From: Bacteroidota bacterium | GTDB taxonomy: Bacteria; Bacteroidota; Ignavibacteria; UBA10030; UBA8401 | Length of the DNA: 64,000 nt | Assembly (NCBI GenBank): GCA_005792285.1 | Contig: SXSI01000020.1 | Span: 1,327 to 65,326 of the forward strand | Reading direction: 5' to 3' | Shown: in pieces, positions 56,681-64,000 of the stretch | Layout: every line of letters starts with the position of its first letter | Position numbering within the stretch: the first letter of the stretch is position 1 | The notes under the pieces: generated by a model | The model's input: only the letters and a program-made list of their open reading frames with translations | Database searches by the model: none | Told to the model about the DNA's origin: nothing | Program-made: the position numbers and the translations under genes

Positions 56681-58288
56681 TTAATGCCCGCCCCCAATTT
56701 GATTATCAAAATCAATTCCTTGGGTTTTTAATACATTTTTAAATCTGTTTGCAATCCACGCAAGGAAAATAAAACAAACTACCGCAACAAAATATGAATT
56801 GTGAATTCCAATATTTGTATCGGCAATTGCGCCTTGCAATGGTGGAATAATTGCTGCACCAAGTATCATCATAATTAAAAATGCAGAACCTTCGGAAGTA
56901 TATTTTCCTAAACCGGCAATACCGAGTGAAAAAATACTTGGCCACATAATCGAACAAAATAATCCGCTGGCAAGTAGTGCATAAATTGCAACAAATCCAC
57001 TAGTAAAAATTCCAATCAACATTGCAACGGTTGCTAAAATCGAAAGTGTAAATAAAGTTTTTACTGGTTTATCTTGTCCGTAAAAAATACCTGCAATTAA
57101 AACTGCAATGCAAATAACATATGAATACAAACTACTCATATCGTTTCCACGACCATTATTTACAAGTATGATTATTCCAAATGCAACAAATGGAACAACA
57201 ACGGTTAGAATTTGTTTTAGTTTTTTTGATAAATTAAAAACCGAAATTGCTGCTGTCCATCTTCCAATCATTAAACTTCCCCAATAAAGAGAAATAAAAT
57301 GAGACATATTTGATTCATCATACGAACCAAACTCCGGAGTTTTTAATAATGCGCCAAGATTACTTTGGATTGTAACTTCAACTCCGACATAAGTAAAAAT
57401 GCCAAGCATGCCTAAAATTAGTTGCGGATATTTCATCGCTCCCCAACCTTCGCCATTTTTTGTCGCTGAGTTATATGAATAAAAGAGGATTAAAATCACT
57501 GCAAATAAAGCAATTAATGTAAGTTGTAGTTTGCTTAAAATATCTGTTTGACCAATTATTGAAATTAAAATTAATACAGCCGTTAAAGTAGTTAAACTCA
57601 TTAATGCTTTTGGGCTGGATTCAACATGTTCATCAAAATTTGATGCTGGTAGATTTTTTGAAAAAATAAAAATTAACGCAGCAAGTAAAAATACTCCGCC
57701 AACAATCATGTATAACATTTTAATTTGATTTATGTCTGCATCGGCGCTACCACCAGCTTGGATTGTTCCAAAAAGTGCCATGCTAACAATCAGTGGTCCG
57801 ACAGTTGTACCAAATGAATTTACACTTCCACCTAAATTTAATCTGTGCGAACCGGTTGAAGGATCGCCAAGTGAAATTGCAAATGGTTGCGCTGAGGTTT
57901 GTTGAAGTGAAAATCCTAATGCAATTACAAAAAATGCTGAAAGTATAAAATAAAATGATGCAGAATCAACCGCGGGGATCATTAAAATTGCGCCAAGAAT
58001 CGAAATAAATAGACCGATAATAATTCCTTTTTTATATCCGATTTTATTTAGAAGATCAATTTTTGTTAATGCTGTACTTAAAAAAAGTAAATAAGAGCCA
58101 ATGTAATATGCTCCATAAAATGCAGTGTCAATTAATTGCGATTGAAACTGGGTGAGATTAAAAAATTTTTTGCAAAATGGAATAAAAATTCCATTTGATG
58201 CTGCAATAAATCCCCAGAAAAAAAATACTGTAACCAATGTACTTAACGCTCTATAGTTGGTCGACTGTTTAGTGTTTGAGTTTGTCAT
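56681..58288 (-). CDS. MFS sugar transporter, FucP-like
   Basis: 12-TM. N-terminal FFFWGFIAASNGIFIP...IDTAFYGAYYIG matches the L-fucose/glucose-galactose permease family pattern. Confidence 0.65.
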   Translation of the reverse strand: MTNSNTKQSTNYRALSTLVTVFFFWGFIAASNGIFIPFCKKFFNLTQFQSQLIDTAFYGAYYIGSYLLFLSTALTKIDLLNKIGYKKGIIIGLFISILGAILMIPAVDSASFYFILSAFFVIALGFSLQQTSAQPFAISLGDPSTGSHRLNLGGSVNSFGTTVGPLIVSMALFGTIQAGGSADADINQIKMLYMIVGGVFLLAALIFIFSKNLPASNFDEHVESSPKALMSLTTLTAVLILISIIGQTDILSKLQLTLIALFAVILILFYSYNSATKNGEGWGAMKYPQLILGMLGIFTYVGVEVTIQSNLGALLKTPEFGSYDESNMSHFISLYWGSLMIGRWTAAISVFNLSKKLKQILTVVVPFVAFGIIILVNNGRGNDMSSLYSYVICIAVLIAGIFYGQDKPVKTLFTLSILATVAMLIGIFTSGFVAIYALLASGLFCSIMWPSIFSLGIAGLGKYTSEGSAFLIMMILGAAIIPPLQGAIADTNIGIHNSYFVAVVCFIFLAWIANRFKNVLKTQGIDFDNQIGGGH

Positions 58289-58680
58289 AATATTAATCTG
58301 ATCCGTGAATAAAATGAATAATTAACAACATTAGTTCTGCAAGATATTAAAATAAAATATAGCTGGAAAGAATTGTTTTGATAAATGTTTTTGTTTAATT
58401 CTAAACGTTGGAAATATAAATTTATTTATTTCTGTTGAATGTTAGGAACGCCTTTTATTGCAAGATTATTCCAAAGCTTGTAGCAAGTTTGATAATTTAA
58501 AAGCATTCCTATCTGCCTTTAAATAGTTAATGATTTATGTAAATAATTGTGCGGAGGGATCAACTAAACGATCAAACTTTATTTGTATGTTACTGTCAAA
58601 CAATAAAGAGTTTAAAATGACAAACAATCGAGAGTGGTTATTTTGGTTTTAACGGACTTTTACTTGGCATTGTAATTGCA

Positions 58681-59307
58681 TTGGGAGGTAGTTTAATTAT
58701 CCCATTCAGAAAAAGTTTTTTATTAGTTATTCTTGTTCAGCCAATTGTCATTATAATAATCGGGATTTTTATAAATACTTTCGAGGGAACAAGATTTTCA
58801 GTTTTAGTTTTCCCATTTAATATTACAGTACTCTCAATTTTATTTGTTTTAAAGTTACGCGAAGGGATTACAAGTTTAATCCCAATTTACTTTTTACCTG
58901 GTTCACCGGAAGAAAATTTTTTCTATCATTTTAACAGAACAAATCGATTTAAAAAGTTTAGATATTTATTCGCCGAACTTCCTTTTTTTGGTAAATGGAA
59001 AACCTCGCAAGGAGTAAATGGCAAATATACTCATAATAATCAATGGCGGAACGCACTTGATTTTATTGTTTGCGATGAAAATGGAAAAGAGTTTTCCGGA
59101 AACGGAAATACTCTTTTCGATTATTATTGCTATCGTCTTCCTATGGTTGCAACAATTGATGGTGTAGTAGTAAAAGTAATCGATTCAATCCCAAACAATC
59201 CTATTGGCAAAATTAATGTCAAACAAAATTGGGGAACCACAATTGTTTTAAATCATAGTGCCGGACTTTTTTCATCAGTTTCGCATTTAGAGCCACGCTC
59301 GGCGTAA
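58681..59307 (+). CDS. Membrane-anchored M23-peptidase-like protein, C-terminally truncated or degenerate
   Basis: TTG start. Hydrophobic N-terminus, then ...NWGTTIVLNHSAGLFSSVSHLE resembles the M23 G..V.I.H..G..T.Y.HL segment. The ORF stops right there, without the GxxGxSTGPHLHFE tail, and the HxxxD motif is not recognisable. Confidence 0.3.
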   Translation: MGGSLIIPFRKSFLLVILVQPIVIIIIGIFINTFEGTRFSVLVFPFNITVLSILFVLKLREGITSLIPIYFLPGSPEENFFYHFNRTNRFKKFRYLFAELPFFGKWKTSQGVNGKYTHNNQWRNALDFIVCDENGKEFSGNGNTLFDYYCYRLPMVATIDGVVVKVIDSIPNNPIGKINVKQNWGTTIVLNHSAGLFSSVSHLEPRSA

Positions 59308-59338
59308 GTGTAAAATTGGATTTGTAAAAAATTATTTT

Positions 59339-60049
59339 TTAATGCATAGTATGGTAAACTGACTGCACATCATCATCTTCTTCTAAAGCATTAAGTAGTA
59401 AATTTATTTCATCTTGCTGAATTTGTGGTATTTCTTTTGTAGTTGTAGGAATATACTGAAGCTCTGTACTTACGGGTTCAATTCTTTTTTCTTCCAACGC
59501 CTTTTGCATTAAACCAAAATCATGAAAAGAAGTATAGAGATAAATAAATTCATCATCACCAGTAAGATCGTCTAAACCATGATCTATAAGATCGAGTTCA
59601 AATGTATCAATATCCTGAATTAATTCTTTTTTAATTTTAAACAAACCTTTTCTATCGAACATAAAAGCTATCAAACCAGTTTGTCCGAGAGATCCGCCAT
59701 ATTCTTTAAATAAATGACGAACATTCGCAACAGTTCGGGTTGGATTATCGGTTGCACATTCCACTATAACAGCAATGCCGTGGGGTGCATATCCTTCATA
59801 AACAATTTCAGAATAGTTACTTGTATCTTTTAGAGTTGCACGTTTTATTGCAGCGTCAACTCGATCTTTTGGCATGTTCACGCTTTTTCCGTTTTGTATT
59901 GCAATTCGTAATCTTGGATTTAGTTTAGGATCACTGCCGCCACCTTTAACAGCAATTACAATTTCTCTGCCGATACGATTAAATGCTTTAGACATTTTCG
60001 CAAACCGCGCGAACATTTTATATTTTCGTTTTTCAAATATTCTGCCCAT
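59339..60049 (-). CDS. YebC/PmpR family DNA-binding transcriptional regulator
   Basis: MFARFAKMSKAFNRIGREIVIAVKGGGSDPKLNPRLRIAIQNGKSVNMPKD... is the conserved YebC N-terminus. 236 aa. Confidence 0.85.
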   Translation of the reverse strand: MGRIFEKRKYKMFARFAKMSKAFNRIGREIVIAVKGGGSDPKLNPRLRIAIQNGKSVNMPKDRVDAAIKRATLKDTSNYSEIVYEGYAPHGIAVIVECATDNPTRTVANVRHLFKEYGGSLGQTGLIAFMFDRKGLFKIKKELIQDIDTFELDLIDHGLDDLTGDDEFIYLYTSFHDFGLMQKALEEKRIEPVSTELQYIPTTTKEIPQIQQDEINLLLNALEEDDDVQSVYHTMH

Positions 60050-60057
60050 TTTATTTC

Positions 60058-60912
60058 CTATAAATTAATTGCACGTGCAATAATTAACCCGGTGAATTTT
60101 GAGTTGTTTTTTATATAATCAACTAATGATTGTTTTGTTATCGAAACTCTTTCGCCAACATTTGGAGCGTGAAGTAGTTTTAATATTCCATCTTCATCAC
60201 GATAAGCAATGCCTGTATGTGCAACATCTAATCCTTTAACATTTGTAGTAAATCCAAGAAAATCTCCCGAAAGAATGTTTGCTTCGAATTCCTTTAATTC
60301 AACTTTTGGTAAATAATAAATATTTCGTTTTGAAAGTATATCTTCAAAAAACATCATCTTCGCGAATTGTTCGTTATTGGAAAGTCCATTATACAAATCA
60401 CGGTGAGTTGTCATATAATCCAGCGGCATAGGAATTTTAACAACTATATCCACCGGCGCAACATCTCGAGTTACTAATTTTAGAATTCCCTTTTCCTGAT
60501 TATTATAAAAATAATCACTTGTGTAATGTAGCCTGCTTGAGTAGCCATCTATTTTTCCATTGCGGTATCTTATTAGTTGCAACTCCTTTTTATATTCTTC
60601 AAATGAATATTTTTTTTGTTTAATGCAACGTGCAAGAGCCAAAGTGTTTTCATAAAATGAAACGCAATCCAATACCCGAAGATTAATAATTAAAGATTCC
60701 GTTTCTTTAACTTCAAGTGTGTTAGCTTCATACGGCGTTCCAATAAAAGTTTTTCCGAGTTCAGTAATTATTTTATTTATCGGAAGCGTGTGAAGTGTTT
60801 CGGAAACTGCAAATGCAAATTTTTCATTGCAAATAGTTTCATCATCAATTGCCATTCTATGTTGCGATAGTAATTGCGAAAAGCTAAAAAATAAAATTAA
60901 TAATATTTTCAT
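60058..60912 (-). CDS. Secreted DUF1460-like protein (amidase/transglutaminase-like fold)
   Basis: Signal peptide. ...YEANTLEVKETESLIINLRVLDCVSFYENTLALARC... fits the N-terminal pattern (L.V.L..FDC.TFVE..LAL) I associate with DUF1460. Confidence 0.4.
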   Translation of the reverse strand: MKILLILFFSFSQLLSQHRMAIDDETICNEKFAFAVSETLHTLPINKIITELGKTFIGTPYEANTLEVKETESLIINLRVLDCVSFYENTLALARCIKQKKYSFEEYKKELQLIRYRNGKIDGYSSRLHYTSDYFYNNQEKGILKLVTRDVAPVDIVVKIPMPLDYMTTHRDLYNGLSNNEQFAKMMFFEDILSKRNIYYLPKVELKEFEANILSGDFLGFTTNVKGLDVAHTGIAYRDEDGILKLLHAPNVGERVSITKQSLVDYIKNNSKFTGLIIARAINL

Positions 60913-60927
60913 TAAATTATTTTTTTA

Positions 60928-62427
60928 TTACTCTATCGGTGCCGATGAACTCATGTCATTAAATGAAGGCATTGCTTCATTTTCAAATTTAGCATATTGC
61001 TTTATGAAGCGTAAATTAACAGTCCCAGTTGGACCATTTCGTTGTTTACTTAAAATAATTTCTGCTGCACCTTCGGTTGATTGTCCTTCAACTTCTGTAA
61101 TTCCATAACGCTCCGGTCGATGAACAAAAATTACAACGTCGGCATCCTGCTCAATTGCGCCAGATTCTCTTAAATCTGCAAGTTGCGGTCGCTTATCAGT
61201 TCTCGCTTCAACTGCACGATTCATTTGTGAAAGTGCCACAACCGGAATATTTAATTCCTTCGCAAGTGCTTTTAATGATCTTGAAATACTGGAGATTTCT
61301 TGTTCGCGACTTTGCGTACTTTTTGGGCCTTGCATTAATTGTAAATAATCAACAATTACCATTCCGACATTATGTTCGACTTTTAGTCGTCTTGCTTTTG
61401 CGCGAAGTTCCAGAATTCCTAATCCGGGAGTGTCGTCAATAAAAATTTTCGCTTGATATAATTTTCCAATTCTTGTACTAAGTTGACGCCATTGATCTTC
61501 TGGCAACCTTCCTGTGCGAACACTTTGTGCATCAACTCTTGCTTCTGCACAAATTAAACGCAACACTAGTTGTTGCGCAGACATTTCCAAACTAAAAAAT
61601 GCAACTGGTATACTGTGATCGATTGCTGCATTTCGTGCTGCGGATAATACAAGTGCGGTTTTTCCCATACTCGGTCTTCCTGCAATAATAATTAAATCGG
61701 ATTTTTGAAATCCTCCGGTTAAATTATCAATTCGTGTAAATCCTGATGGAATTCCTGTAACTCCATCGTGCTTGCCATGTATACTTTCTAATAATTCCAT
61801 TGTCTGAAAAATCGCCTCCCCCATTTGAAGCGAACTTTTTTTCATTCTCTTTTCGGAAATGGAAAATATTTTTTGCTCAGCCTCATCAAGTAGATCAAGT
61901 GCGTCTTCGGACGCAGCGTATGACCGTTTAGAAATTTCAGATGTTGTGGTAATTAAACTTCGTAAAATATATTTTTCAAGAATAATTTTTGCATGATACT
62001 CCACATTTGCAGCTGAGCTTACAGAAACAGTGAGGTCGGCAATATAAGATGGTCCACCAATTTCATCCAACTCTCCACGTCTTCGAAGTTCTTCAACAAC
62101 AGTAATAGCATCAATCGCTTCGCTTCTTTCGAAAAGTGCACTCATTGCTAAAAATATTTTACGGTGCGCTGGTTTATAAAATGCTTCTTCGTCGAGCAAA
62201 TCAATTGTTTTTGTAATTGCTTCTTTTTCCAACAACATTGCACCAATAACTGCCATTTCAATATCAATCGCTTGCGGCGGAACCCTTCCTTCGAAACCTG
62301 TTATTTGTGTACTTCTTGATTCTAGTTCTGGCATAAGTTCCTCAATTATTTTTATTTGTTTGCGTTCTTCATTTCGTCGTAAAGCGCTCTGAATTTTTTT
62401 AAATCTTCCCAAGTTGGTCTTTTCCAA
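60928..62427 (-). CDS. dnaB: Replicative DNA helicase DnaB
   Basis: VPPQAIDIEMAVIGAML N-terminal motif, Walker A GRPSMGKTALVLS, H2/H3/H4 RecA-like motifs. Length shows no intein. The true start is probably the Met at 62334 (MPELESR...), which removes the 76-nt overlap with the UDG gene. Confidence 0.9.
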   Translation of the reverse strand: MEKTNLGRFKKIQSALRRNEERKQIKIIEELMPELESRSTQITGFEGRVPPQAIDIEMAVIGAMLLEKEAITKTIDLLDEEAFYKPAHRKIFLAMSALFERSEAIDAITVVEELRRRGELDEIGGPSYIADLTVSVSSAANVEYHAKIILEKYILRSLITTTSEISKRSYAASEDALDLLDEAEQKIFSISEKRMKKSSLQMGEAIFQTMELLESIHGKHDGVTGIPSGFTRIDNLTGGFQKSDLIIIAGRPSMGKTALVLSAARNAAIDHSIPVAFFSLEMSAQQLVLRLICAEARVDAQSVRTGRLPEDQWRQLSTRIGKLYQAKIFIDDTPGLGILELRAKARRLKVEHNVGMVIVDYLQLMQGPKSTQSREQEISSISRSLKALAKELNIPVVALSQMNRAVEARTDKRPQLADLRESGAIEQDADVVIFVHRPERYGITEVEGQSTEGAAEIILSKQRNGPTGTVNLRFIKQYAKFENEAMPSFNDMSSSAPIE

Positions 62428-63071
62428 TGTGGGTTCCGCAATAATGCTGCTGGATGATATGTAACCATTAAACTAATTCCTCTGTAGGTGTGAACTTTTT
62501 GTCGCAATGTAGTTAATGTCTCATTCGATTTTAATAATGTTTGTCCAGAGATGCGGCCTAAACATAAAATTAATTTTGGATTTATTATTTCAATTTGTTT
62601 TTGCAAATATGGTTCACAGGTTTGCATTTCATTTGGAAGTGGATCTCTGTTGTTTGGAGGTCTGCATTTTAAAATATTACAAATAAATACTTCTTCTCTT
62701 TTAAAGTTTATTGATTCAATTATTTTTGTGAGAAGTTGTCCGGCTCTTCCGACAAAAGGTAATCCCTGGATGTCTTCTTCAGCTCCCGGAGCTTCGCCAA
62801 TAAACATAACATCTGCTTTTGGATTTCCTGAACCAAATACAAAATTTTTTCTAGTTGAACCAAGTTCGCACTTTTGACAATTACAGATTTTATCATTCAA
62901 ATCATTTAAGGTTGTGGCGCTTGCCCACTCTTCACTATAATTTGTTTCGCTTTCTTTTACAACTGATGAAGTGGTTTTTTCTGTATATAATAAATTTCCA
63001 AATAAATTTTTATGGTGCTTTAAAATCGATTCGGCTTGTTCAACCGGATTATGTTTAATGTTTTTTGGCAT
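62352..63071 (-). CDS. Family 4 uracil-DNA glycosylase
   Basis: CxxC...GEAPGAEEDIQGLPFVGRAGQLL...HPAALLRNP motifs of 4Fe-4S family-4 UDGs, with an about 60-aa N-terminal extension. Confidence 0.8.
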   Translation of the reverse strand: MPKNIKHNPVEQAESILKHHKNLFGNLLYTEKTTSSVVKESETNYSEEWASATTLNDLNDKICNCQKCELGSTRKNFVFGSGNPKADVMFIGEAPGAEEDIQGLPFVGRAGQLLTKIIESINFKREEVFICNILKCRPPNNRDPLPNEMQTCEPYLQKQIEIINPKLILCLGRISGQTLLKSNETLTTLRQKVHTYRGISLMVTYHPAALLRNPHWKRPTWEDLKKFRALYDEMKNANK

Positions 63072-64000
63072 CTGGTTTTTTTATTAATCTGACAACTCTT
63101 TCCAATATTTCTTCAGCAACATTATATTTCGACATTAAAGAAAGTTCTTCAATGCTTTTATTACGATCGATTATTGTAACTTTATTTGTATCTCTCCCGA
63201 AACCAGCACCTTTATCGCGGAGAGAATTTAAAATAATCATATCTACATTTTTATGTAGAAGTTTATTTGTTGCATTAACTACTTCGTTTTCGGTTTCTAA
63301 TGCAAAACCGACAAGAAACGCTTTTTTATTCTTACTTCTCAATGAAGCTAAAATATCTGTAGTTTCTTTTAACGAAAGGCTAAAGTTTTTTTTATTTTTT
63401 TTAATTTTATTAAGCTCGGTTTTTTCAGGAGTATAGTCTGCAACTGCAGCGGACATAAAAATTATTTGGTTTTTCTTTACTCCGGAAAATACCGCTTTTG
63501 TCATTTCAACAGAAGTTGTTACATCAATTCTTTTTACATTTTTTGGGGTTTGTAAAGAAACTGGTCCACTGATTAATGTAACATTTGCTCCTCTTTGTGA
63601 TGCAACTCGAGCTAATGCAAATCCCATTTTACCACTTGAATGATTACCAATAAATCGAACTGGATCAATTGGTTCGTGCGTTGGTCCAGCTGTAACTAAT
63701 ATGTTTTTCCCTTTTAAATCTAAATGTTTTCCACTTATTACTGTTCGCAAAAACTCAACTAATTTTTCAGGTTCTGGAAGACGACCAACTCCTTTTAATC
63801 CACTTGCAAGCTCACCTTCTTCTGGAGGAATTATGAAGTAACCCATTTCTTTTAAATAAGAAATATTTTTTTGGGTTAATTCATTTTGGTACATATCAAC
63901 ATCCATCGCGGGAGCAATTATTAAAGGACAGCGAAGTGATAAAACTGTTACGCCGATAATATCGCTCGCCATTCCATTTGTGAGTTTTGAAATTGTGTGC
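63055..64000 (-). CDS. coaBC: Bifunctional phosphopantothenoylcysteine decarboxylase / phosphopantothenate-cysteine ligase, partial; the N-terminus lies beyond the window end
   Basis: CoaB domain (NILVTAGPTHEPIDPVRFIGNHSSGKMG...FMSAAVADY) and the end of the CoaC flavoprotein domain (PLIIAPAMDVDMY). The reading frame stays open upstream of the listed Met to nt 64000. Confidence 0.8.
   Translation of the reverse strand, partial: HTISKLTNGMASDIIGVTVLSLRCPLIIAPAMDVDMYQNELTQKNISYLKEMGYFIIPPEEGELASGLKGVGRLPEPEKLVEFLRTVISGKHLDLKGKNILVTAGPTHEPIDPVRFIGNHSSGKMGFALARVASQRGANVTLISGPVSLQTPKNVKRIDVTTSVEMTKAVFSGVKKNQIIFMSAAVADYTPEKTELNKIKKNKKNFSLSLKETTDILASLRSKNKKAFLVGFALETENEVVNATNKLLHKNVDMIILNSLRDKGAGFGRDTNKVTIIDRNKSIEELSLMSKYNVAEEILERVVRLIKKPDAKKH

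Noticed and set aside
60928-62427. Intein in dnaB
   Set aside because: The protein is 499 aa (or 468 with the internal start), normal for DnaB. There is no inserted block between the Walker A and H4 motifs.
1-64000. CRISPR arrays, rRNA genes, transposases or integrases
   Set aside because: No regularly spaced direct repeats, no rRNA-like conserved stretches, and no ORF with DDE/tyrosine-recombinase/serine-recombinase signatures were seen. The window appears to be core chromosome apart from the 37-42 kb island.

Overview
This window is AT-rich (roughly one-third GC) chromosomal DNA from a bacterium with a type IX secretion system, i.e. Bacteroidota/Ignavibacteria/Chlorobi-like; the T9SS C-terminal sorting domain at 1216..2928 shows this. 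Most of it is densely packed housekeeping genes.

Housekeeping and envelope genes, with gene symbols assigned by inference from the translated ORFs:
- Cell shape and wall: tig (partial, 5' window edge), mreD-mrdA-rodA, anmK.
- Translation and nucleotide metabolism: typA, a deoxynucleoside kinase, pyrF, dcd.
- Replication, repair and proteolysis: dnaX, lon, mfd, nfo, dnaB, a family-4 uracil-DNA glycosylase, coaBC (partial, 3' window edge), a YebC regulator.
- Metabolism and transport: a DAHP synthase, gltS, an APC permease, a FucP-like MFS transporter.
- Envelope and secreted proteins: an EnvC-like M23 protein, a lipoprotein of the DUF4292 kind and a TPR lipoprotein in the usual Bacteroidota order; a TonB-dependent receptor with an HMA metallochaperone; two tandem secreted M1 aminopeptidases with an amidohydrolase; an S15 peptidase.

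No rRNA, tRNA, CRISPR array or obvious transposase or integrase was seen.

The most interesting stretch is a about 5 kb light and DNA-damage repair island at 37028..42196:
- A 2OG/Fe(II) AlkB DNA-repair dioxygenase and a DUF2071-like protein.
- A TIGR03643/DUF2805-like ORF directly followed by a 366-aa photolyase-family protein with inverted domain order: FAD-binding domain first, alpha/beta domain last. This is the layout reported for NewPHL-type photolyases.
- A flavin reductase and a 49-aa DUF2256 zinc-ribbon ORF that is missing from the ORF track.
- An ORF whose first about 120 aa look like the N-terminal domain of a COG3046 (FeS-BCP / 6-4 photolyase-related) protein, fused in-frame to an SRPBCC domain; likely a gene remnant.
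- An HD-domain hydrolase.

Other points worth a second look:
- An A9 slippery run about two-thirds into dnaX, with stops close by in both alternative frames.
- A GC-rich triple-hairpin element between dcd and the metal-uptake-like operon.
- An AlkB-type alkane hydroxylase with all its histidine boxes but no adjacent rubredoxin or reductase.
- An 87-aa SemiSWEET/PQ-loop-like gene with a PQ-like remnant in a downstream shifted frame.
- A PSCyt1-like lipoprotein whose haem motif is CX4CH rather than CXXCH.
- A 3'-truncated M23-like ORF.
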